A stretch of 64,000 nt of DNA from Desulfurellales bacterium. GTDB lineage: Bacteria > Campylobacterota_A > Desulfurellia > Desulfurellales > Hippeaceae. Location of the stretch: NCBI GenBank assembly GCA_027035885.1, contig JALVTR010000135.1:9964-73963 (forward strand), in the 5' to 3' direction. This document shows, in pieces, positions 57,853 through 64,000 of the stretch (positions are counted from its first letter, which is position 1; each line of letters begins with the position of its first letter). A program made the translations under genes and the position numbers. The notes under the pieces are model-generated. The model ran no database searches and was not told the origin of the DNA. It was given only the letters and a program-made list of their open reading frames with translations.

Positions 57853-58497
57853 ATGAGAGTTTTACTTATAGAAGATGATACACATTTAGGAGATGCTTTA
57901 AAAAGATATTTAGAAAAAGAAGGACATAATTGTAACTGGATTGATGATGATAGGGAGGTCTTTCTCGTTTTGAACAGCGAAGCTTTTGATATTGTGGTTT
58001 TAGACCTTATATTGAAATTTACGAACGGTGAGGGAATTTTAAAGAAGATAAAGGAAAAATATGATTTGCCTGTAATTGTGTTAACTGCCAAGATTGAGAT
58101 TAGGGATAAGGAAATTTGTTTTAATTTAGGTGCGGATGATTACATAACAAAGCCGTTCCACCCTAAAGAACTTATTTTGAGAATAAATTCGGTTTGTAGA
58201 AGGTATTATGGTAAGGAGGTTGTAAGGGTTAAAGATATTGAGATAGACCTTGAAAAAAAGACAGTTAAAAAAAATGAACTGTTAATTGACTTAACAAACA
58301 AAGATTGGCAATTGCTAGAATTGTTGGTTCGCAATCGCGGAAAATTGGTATCTAATAATATGATACTCAACTATGTTTGGCCATATACAGATACGGATGA
58401 AAACTCGATAAGGGCATATGTTAAAAGACTGAGAAAGATTCTTGGTGGTGAGTTGATAAAGAATGTTAAGGGTAGGGGATACACGTTTTTAGAGTAA
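57853..58497 (+). CDS. OmpR-family response regulator
   Basis: LIEDD, VLDLIL (phospho-Asp), LTAK, GADDYITKPF, winged helix ending NVKGRGY. Confidence 0.93.
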   Translation: MRVLLIEDDTHLGDALKRYLEKEGHNCNWIDDDREVFLVLNSEAFDIVVLDLILKFTNGEGILKKIKEKYDLPVIVLTAKIEIRDKEICFNLGADDYITKPFHPKELILRINSVCRRYYGKEVVRVKDIEIDLEKKTVKKNELLIDLTNKDWQLLELLVRNRGKLVSNNMILNYVWPYTDTDENSIRAYVKRLRKILGGELIKNVKGRGYTFLE

Positions 58498-59462
58498 AAT
58501 TTTCAGAAGAAAATAGGGTTCTATTAATCATATCGATTGCGCTTGCCTTTTGGTTTTTTGCTGTAAATGCTTTTTTAATGTTGTTTATAAGAAAAGAGGT
58601 TGTTGGTAATTTTAAACAAAACGTTGACCTGTATTTAAAATTGTATAATAGAGGATATGTAAACAAACTCCCTTCTTATATTAAAATTTCGACTAAAACC
58701 TATATAAAAAATAAGGGTTACATTTTTTATGGCCTGTGGGGTAAGAAATTTGTACTTATAAAGGTGTCCAGGGTAAAAAGAAAGCTTATTGGGTTTGCTC
58801 TTCTGCTATTTTTATGGGAGTTGTTACTTGCCATTTTGATAATTTTTATTGTTTATGTTAGCCTTAAGCGTATTTTTAAAAGACAGAAATATACTGATCA
58901 GTTTTTGAAATTTATACTTGTGTCAATATCTCATAAGCTGGGCAATTTTTTGTCTGCTCAAAAGGTTAATTTGGAACTTGCTAATATGGATGATGGGAGT
59001 AAAAGACGGTTATCTTATGCTTTGGATGAGATGGAAGAGGACTTTAAGGTTGTGTCTTCTACCATTAGAAGTATGACTTCAGATAATGAGAAACTTTCCT
59101 TTGTAAATGTAGTAGAGGAGCTTAAAAAGGTTCTTGATGGTTTTTCGTTTAAAGATAAGAAATTGGATTTGCAGATATACTTAGACGGCTATTTGGTTTA
59201 TATTAACCCTACAGATTTAAGGATTGTGTTGTCAGAACTTGCTACCAATGCATTTAAATACTCCTTTAGCAATATTTCTGTCATTGCCGAAAAATATAAG
59301 AAAGGTGTAAAAATCGTTTTTATTAATGATGTTAAAAATGTTTCTAAAGGTTCTGGGATTGGTCTTTCTATAGTTGAATTTTTGTGTAAGAAAAACAATT
59401 GGATTATTACAAAGAAGATATATGGTAATGTTTTTGAAATTACGTTTGTGTTAGTGTCGTAA
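58494..59462 (+). CDS. Membrane sensor histidine kinase (start codon uncertain)
   Basis: H-box ISHKLGN, N-box ELATNAFKYS, G2 GSGIGLSIV. The frame is open from 58476 and the first TM helix lies upstream of the first ATG (58578). Confidence 0.8.
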   Translation, partial: VKFSEENRVLLIISIALAFWFFAVNAFLMLFIRKEVVGNFKQNVDLYLKLYNRGYVNKLPSYIKISTKTYIKNKGYIFYGLWGKKFVLIKVSRVKRKLIGFALLLFLWELLLAILIIFIVYVSLKRIFKRQKYTDQFLKFILVSISHKLGNFLSAQKVNLELANMDDGSKRRLSYALDEMEEDFKVVSSTIRSMTSDNEKLSFVNVVEELKKVLDGFSFKDKKLDLQIYLDGYLVYINPTDLRIVLSELATNAFKYSFSNISVIAEKYKKGVKIVFINDVKNVSKGSGIGLSIVEFLCKKNNWIITKKIYGNVFEITFVLVS

Positions 59463-59469
59463 AATAAAG

Positions 59470-59496
59470 AAAAAGGGGACATTACTCCCCCTTTTT
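59470..59496. terminator. Bidirectional intrinsic terminator between the kinase and clpB
   Basis: AAAAA-GGGGA-CATTAC-TCCCC-C-TTTTT. Confidence 0.7.
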
Positions 59497-62101
59497 AGCT
59501 TTTTTTAAACACGATTTCACCGTTTTCTATATCTGCTATAATCTTGTCACCTTTGATAAATCTTCCCTCTAATATTGCTTTTGCAAGCTTGTTTTCAATC
59601 ATATTCTGTATATACCTTCTAAGAGGTCTTGCGCCGAATACAGGGTCAAAGCCTTCAGATGCGATTCTTTCTACTAACTTATCTGTAACCCCGAGTTCGT
59701 AGCCTGCCTCTTTGATTTTCTCATAGGTTTTATTAAGCAGTAACCTTACAATTTGCTTGATTTCGTTTCTGCCCAATGGATTGAATACAATTATTTCATC
59801 AACCCTGTTTAAAAATTCAGGCTTAAATCTTCTTTTGAGTTCAGCATTGACCTCTGCAACGGCCTTTTCAAATTCAATTCTATATTCTTCTGTTCCTGGC
59901 TCGCCTTTAATCCTTATCAAATACTCACTTCCGATGTTGGATGTCATGATTATGACCGTATTCCTAAAATCGACCGTTACGCCTTTTGAGTCGGTTAATC
60001 TTCCATCATCGAGCACCTGCAACAGGATATTAAATACCTCAGGGTGTGCCTTTTCTATCTCATCGAGCAAGATTACAGAATAAGGCTTTCTCCTCACGGC
60101 TTCTGTTAACTGACCTCCTTCTTCGTAACCCACATATCCAGGAGGAGCACCTATGAGTCTTGCTACTGAGTGTTTTTCCATGTATTCGCTCATGTCAATT
60201 CTAATGATAGCTCTTTCATCGTCGAATAGATACTCAGCCAGCGCCTTTGAAAGCTCTGTCTTTCCTACACCTGTTGGGCCTAAGAATATGAATGATGCAA
60301 TAGGTTTGTTTTTATCCGCGAGCCCAGCCCTTGACCTCAAAATTGCATCTGTTACAGATTTAACGGCGTAATCCTGTCCGACAACCCTCTCCTTGAGTTT
60401 TTCTTCCATCTTCAATAGTTTTTCTTTTTCGCTTTCTAACATTTTTGATACAGGTATGCCCGTCCATTTAGACACTATTGCTGCAATCTCTTCTTCTGTT
60501 ACTTCCTCTTTCAATAATCTGTTTTCAATAGAATTGAGCTCTTTATTTTTCTCTTCAAGCTCCTTCTGGAGTTTTGGGAGTTCCCCGTATTTTAAAACGC
60601 TCGCCTTTTCAAAATCGCCATTCCTTTCAGCAATCTCAATTTCTGTTTTGATTTTGTCGATTTTCTCTTTTATAGAATGGATATCTGATATCAGGTTTTT
60701 CTCATACTGCCATCTTGCCCTGAGTTCATTTATCTCTTCCTTTAGTTGGGATAATTCTTTCTCTAAATCCTCAAGTCTTTTTTTTGAGTCTTTATCATTT
60801 TCCTTCTTCAACGCTTGCCTTTCTATCTCAAGTTGTGCAATCTTTCTGCTCAGGTTATCTATAGGCTCAATTTCACTTTCAAGCTGTGTTTTTAAGCTTG
60901 CCGCTGCCTCGTCCACTAAGTCTATGGCTTTGTCTGGCAAAAACCTGTCTGTAATGTATCTGTGGCTCAAAACGGCTGCTGCAACTAAAGCAGAATCTTT
61001 TATCTTCACACCGTGATGTACTTCGTATTTTTCCTTTAGGCCTCTCAAAATCGATATTGTGTCCTCAACAGTTGGCTCTTTTACGTATACTGGTTGAAAT
61101 CTCCTTTGGAGGGCTGCGTCCTTTTCGATGTATTTTCTATATTCTTTTAACGTTGTTGCACCAATGCACCTAAGTTCACCGCGTGCAAGCATGGGTTTGA
61201 GCATATTTGATGCATCCATTGAACCCTCAGCTGCTCCAGCACCTACAACTGCGTGTAGCTCATCGATGAATAATATGATTCTGCCATCTGACCTTTTGAC
61301 TTCATTTAAAACGGCTTTTAATCTTTCTTCAAATTCGCCTCTAAACTTTGCACCAGCAATCAAAGAGCCCAAATCTAACTCTATGAGGTTTTTGTCTTTT
61401 AAGCTCTCTGGCACGTCGCCTTTGGCTATCCTTTGAGCTAAGCCCTCTATAATAGCTGTCTTACCTACACCTGGCTCTCCTATTAGAACAGGGTTATTCT
61501 TTGTTTTTCTTGAAAGTATTTGAATAGTTCTTCTTATTTCATCATCTCTTCCTATAACGGGGTCCAATTTTCCGCTTCTTGAAAGCTCAGTCAAGTCTCT
61601 GCCGTATTTTTTTAATGCTTCATACTTTTCCTCTGGGTTTTGATCTGTTACCCTTACACTGCCTCGTATGTTAACTAAAGCTTTTAGTAGGTCACTCTTT
61701 TTTATGCTAAAGTTCCTAAATACTTCGGCGGCGTCGCAATTTTCGCTCATAGAGACTAAAAAGTGCTCTATACTTATGTATTCATCTTCCATCTGGCGCA
61801 TTTGCTCTTCAGCTTTTTTGAAGACTTCATCCAGCTCTTTTGTTATATATATTTGTGTTGATGTAGAGGATGTGAACTCCACTTTCGGTATTTTTTCAAT
61901 TAATCCGTCTGTGTAACTTTGAAAATCGTGGAGGTTCACGCCCAGCTTTTTCAAAATAGAAACAGCTACACTTTCTTGCTCTGAAGTTATTGCCCTCAAA
62001 AGGTGAAGTGACCCTATTTGCTGATTTTTGTGTGCTTCTGCTATGCTTTTTGCGCTTTGCAGCGCCTCTTGGGATTTTACAGTAAGTTTGTTTGTATCCA
62101 T
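59495..62101 (-). CDS. clpB: Disaggregase ClpB
   Basis: Two AAA+ modules ([17 protein letters not shown]), middle coiled coil, [28 protein letters not shown] 62101 with GGAGGA SD. Confidence 0.98.
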   Translation of the reverse strand: MDTNKLTVKSQEALQSAKSIAEAHKNQQIGSLHLLRAITSEQESVAVSILKKLGVNLHDFQSYTDGLIEKIPKVEFTSSTSTQIYITKELDEVFKKAEEQMRQMEDEYISIEHFLVSMSENCDAAEVFRNFSIKKSDLLKALVNIRGSVRVTDQNPEEKYEALKKYGRDLTELSRSGKLDPVIGRDDEIRRTIQILSRKTKNNPVLIGEPGVGKTAIIEGLAQRIAKGDVPESLKDKNLIELDLGSLIAGAKFRGEFEERLKAVLNEVKRSDGRIILFIDELHAVVGAGAAEGSMDASNMLKPMLARGELRCIGATTLKEYRKYIEKDAALQRRFQPVYVKEPTVEDTISILRGLKEKYEVHHGVKIKDSALVAAAVLSHRYITDRFLPDKAIDLVDEAAASLKTQLESEIEPIDNLSRKIAQLEIERQALKKENDKDSKKRLEDLEKELSQLKEEINELRARWQYEKNLISDIHSIKEKIDKIKTEIEIAERNGDFEKASVLKYGELPKLQKELEEKNKELNSIENRLLKEEVTEEEIAAIVSKWTGIPVSKMLESEKEKLLKMEEKLKERVVGQDYAVKSVTDAILRSRAGLADKNKPIASFIFLGPTGVGKTELSKALAEYLFDDERAIIRIDMSEYMEKHSVARLIGAPPGYVGYEEGGQLTEAVRRKPYSVILLDEIEKAHPEVFNILLQVLDDGRLTDSKGVTVDFRNTVIIMTSNIGSEYLIRIKGEPGTEEYRIEFEKAVAEVNAELKRRFKPEFLNRVDEIIVFNPLGRNEIKQIVRLLLNKTYEKIKEAGYELGVTDKLVERIASEGFDPVFGARPLRRYIQNMIENKLAKAILEGRFIKGDKIIADIENGEIVFKKS

Positions 62102-62138
62102 TTTCCTTCCTCCTATTGTTTTTTTAGATAGCAAAACC

Positions 62139-62160
62139 AGGGGAGGGACATCCCTCCTCA
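62139..62160 (-). terminator. Hairpin between hsp20 and clpB (possible partial terminator)
   Basis: GGAGGG-ATGT-CCCTCC stem on the minus strand followed by CCTGGTTTT. Confidence 0.45.
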
Positions 62161-62172
62161 GGCATTACCATC

Positions 62173-62607
62173 CTATTTTTGTATAGGAATTTCTTTTGGC
62201 TTTGACTCAGGTTTTTTAGGCAAAACTATTGTTAAGAGTCCATCTTTATATTTTGCCTGAATTTTTTCTGCATCAACATTGTCTGGTAACAAGAAGCTTC
62301 TTGAGAAGGAGCCGTAACTTCTTTCCATTCTGTAATAGTTTTTGCCTTCTTCTTTTCTCTCGAATTTCCTCTCGCCAAAAATTGTCAATGTACTGTTCTC
62401 GAGGTTGATTTTGATATCATCCTCTTTCATTCCGGGGGCTTCAATTTCTATGTTGATAGCATCCTTTGTTTCATAGATGTCCACCGCAGGTATCCATTCG
62501 TTTGTTTCCCTGTTTTTTGGTGATGTTGGCAACAAATCGTCGAACACCCTATTCAACCTCTCCTGTAAAGTTGTTAACTCTCTGAAAGGTTCCAGTGCAT
62601 TTAACAT
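62173..62607 (-). CDS. Hsp20/alpha-crystallin small heat-shock protein
   Basis: WIPAVDIYET, PGMKEDDI, ERSYGSFSRSF, AKYKDGLLTI; GGAGGTGG SD. Confidence 0.95.
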   Translation of the reverse strand: MLNALEPFRELTTLQERLNRVFDDLLPTSPKNRETNEWIPAVDIYETKDAINIEIEAPGMKEDDIKINLENSTLTIFGERKFERKEEGKNYYRMERSYGSFSRSFLLPDNVDAEKIQAKYKDGLLTIVLPKKPESKPKEIPIQK

Positions 62608-62649
62608 TGCTACCACCTCCTTTTTTTCTTTTTCTAATTTCCGATATCT

Positions 62650-62678
62650 AATATAACCCTTACAATAATATTGTCAAG
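62650..62678 (-). promoter_or_regulatory. hsp20-clpB promoter with overlapping HAIR-like operator
   Basis: Minus strand CTTGACA-ATATTAT-TGTAAGG-G-TTATATT, giving TTGACA-N16-TATATT. Confidence 0.7.
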
Positions 62679-62756
62679 GTTTGTGAGAAAAATTTTTTAT
62701 TTTTTTATTATTCCTATTTCTATAAGGAAAAATATGATAAAAAGTGTCTAACATAA

Positions 62757-62785
62757 CTTGACAATATCACTATAAAGTTTATATT
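62757..62785 (+). promoter_or_regulatory. cbpA-hspR promoter with overlapping HAIR-like operator
   Basis: CTTGACA-ATATCAC-TATAAAG-TT-TATATT, giving TTGACA-N16-TATATT and CTT-N15-AAG. Confidence 0.7.
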
Positions 62786-62820
62786 TATAGTAGCAACATT
62801 TAAAAGTGAGGTGGAAAGCT

Positions 62821-63675
62821 ATGAGGGATCCATATGAGGTGTTGGGTGTTTCTAAAAGTGCAACTGAAGATGAAATAAAAAAAGCTTATAGAAGATTGGC
62901 AAGGAAATACCATCCAGATTTAAATCCAAACAATAAAGAAGCTGAAAAAAAATTTAAAGAGGTAAACGAAGCATATTCAATTTTATCAGACCCTGAAAAA
63001 CGCAAGCAGTATGACCAATTTGGATTTTCTAACTTTGAATCTGGAGGTGCTGGAGGATATGATTTCAGTCAATTCAAAGATTTTGGATATGATTTCGGCA
63101 ACTTCGGGGGTCGGTCTACCTCCGGGGATTTTGATATAGGAGATTTATTTGAGAATCTGTTTGGTATGAATAGAAGATCAGGGTTTAGAAGTACCTACGA
63201 ACCTAAAGGTGCGGATATTTACTACACGATGGATTTGGACTTTATGGATGCTGTTAAAGGGGCGACTATAACATTAAATATTAATGGTGAAAAGGTTAAG
63301 GTAAAGATACCAGCTGGTATAAAAAACGGTACTAAACTCAAAGTTCCTGGTAAGGGCCAACCAGGTCCAGGCGGAAGGGGTGATTTGCACATAATTGTTA
63401 ATGTTAAACTCAATCCAGATTTTGAGATTAAAGACGGGAAGCTCTATACAACCTTTGAGATTCCGTTAGTTACTGCGTTGTTTGGGGGAGTGGCGAATGT
63501 TAGAACACCAGATGGCACTGTTAAGATTAAAATACCTAAAGGCACTCAGTGTGAGCAGGTTTTTAAGATAAAAGGCAAGGGAATAAACGGTAATCCACTT
63601 TATGCCAAGGTAAAAGTCAGGATACCTAAAAATGTAAGGGAAGATGAACATATAAAACAGGTATTGGGGGCATAA
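62821..63675 (+). CDS. cbpA: Class B J-domain protein (CbpA/DnaJ-like, no zinc finger)
   Basis: [11 protein letters not shown] motif, G/F-rich linker, C-terminal DnaJ_C; no CxxCxGxG repeats; upstream of hspR. Confidence 0.88.
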   Translation: MRDPYEVLGVSKSATEDEIKKAYRRLARKYHPDLNPNNKEAEKKFKEVNEAYSILSDPEKRKQYDQFGFSNFESGGAGGYDFSQFKDFGYDFGNFGGRSTSGDFDIGDLFENLFGMNRRSGFRSTYEPKGADIYYTMDLDFMDAVKGATITLNINGEKVKVKIPAGIKNGTKLKVPGKGQPGPGGRGDLHIIVNVKLNPDFEIKDGKLYTTFEIPLVTALFGGVANVRTPDGTVKIKIPKGTQCEQVFKIKGKGINGNPLYAKVKVRIPKNVREDEHIKQVLGA

Positions 63676-63678
63676 ACT

Positions 63679-64000
63679 ATGAAGAGGAAAAATGGATATT
63701 ACACTATAGGAATGGTAGCTGAAATTTTGAATGTACATCCACATACGTTGAGGGAATATGAAAGAGAAGGGCTTATTAATCCTATCAGAACAACCGGCAA
63801 CATTAGGCTTTACACTGATGATGATATTGAAGATGTAAAGTTTATACGAGAAATGACGCAGGAATTGGGTGTTAACCTTGCCGGCGTTGATATTATAATG
63901 AGAATGAAAAGGCAGATAGAACAATTACATGAGATTATAGAGGACCTTGAAAAGGCTCTAAGGAAAAAAATTGAAGAGGAGCAGACAAGGAAAAGTAGTC
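63679..64000 (+). CDS. hspR: MerR-family heat-shock repressor HspR, 3' partial (absent from the ORF track)
   Basis: Manual translation: MKRKNGYYTIGMVAEILNVHPHTLREYEREGLINPIRTTGNIRLY...LGVNLAGVDIIMRM...; runs off the window end. Confidence 0.88.
   Translation, partial: MKRKNGYYTIGMVAEILNVHPHTLREYEREGLINPIRTTGNIRLYTDDDIEDVKFIREMTQELGVNLAGVDIIMRMKRQIEQLHEIIEDLEKALRKKIEEEQTRKSS

Overview
This is a gene-dense, AT-rich (roughly 35-40% GC by eye) core-chromosome segment from an anaerobic bacterium. A Desulfurellales (Hippea/Desulfurella)-like Campylobacterota origin is inferred from the four-subunit POR, futalosine-pathway MqnD, cbpA-hspR operon, tRNA-Arg(GCG) and a GGAAC-N5-TTGCTT sigma54 promoter; this is not database-verified. 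It holds about 66 CDS, two tRNAs (Ser-GGA, Arg-GCG) and the SRP RNA. No prophage, IS, integrase or CRISPR array was seen. Main blocks in order: pdxJ-acpS-folC; tRNA-tRNA-ffs-dnaX-ybaB-recR-porCDAB (minus); an operon headed by an aIF2B/eIF2B-like gene and an orphan radical SAM gene, followed by fba-pgi-ybgC-ilvD-leuS-lptE and on to typA-rimO; lptD; a NifA-like activator divergent from glnA; a ~17 kb mixed plus-strand run (proS to engB); tig-clpP-clpX-hslV-hslU; a two-component pair; and hsp20-clpB divergent from cbpA-hspR. The best leads are: (1) a complete NifA-type circuit (TGT-N10-ACA site plus -24/-12 promoter) apparently wired to glnA rather than nif genes; (2) a non-catalytic-type eIF2B-like protein paired with an uncharacterised radical SAM enzyme and fba/pgi, possibly a sugar-phosphate sensor module; (3) twin HAIR-variant operators built into the -35 boxes of divergent heat-shock promoters; (4) repeated apparent leaderless transcripts; (5) a sensor kinase whose start codon appears lost by a GTGA-to-GTAA change.
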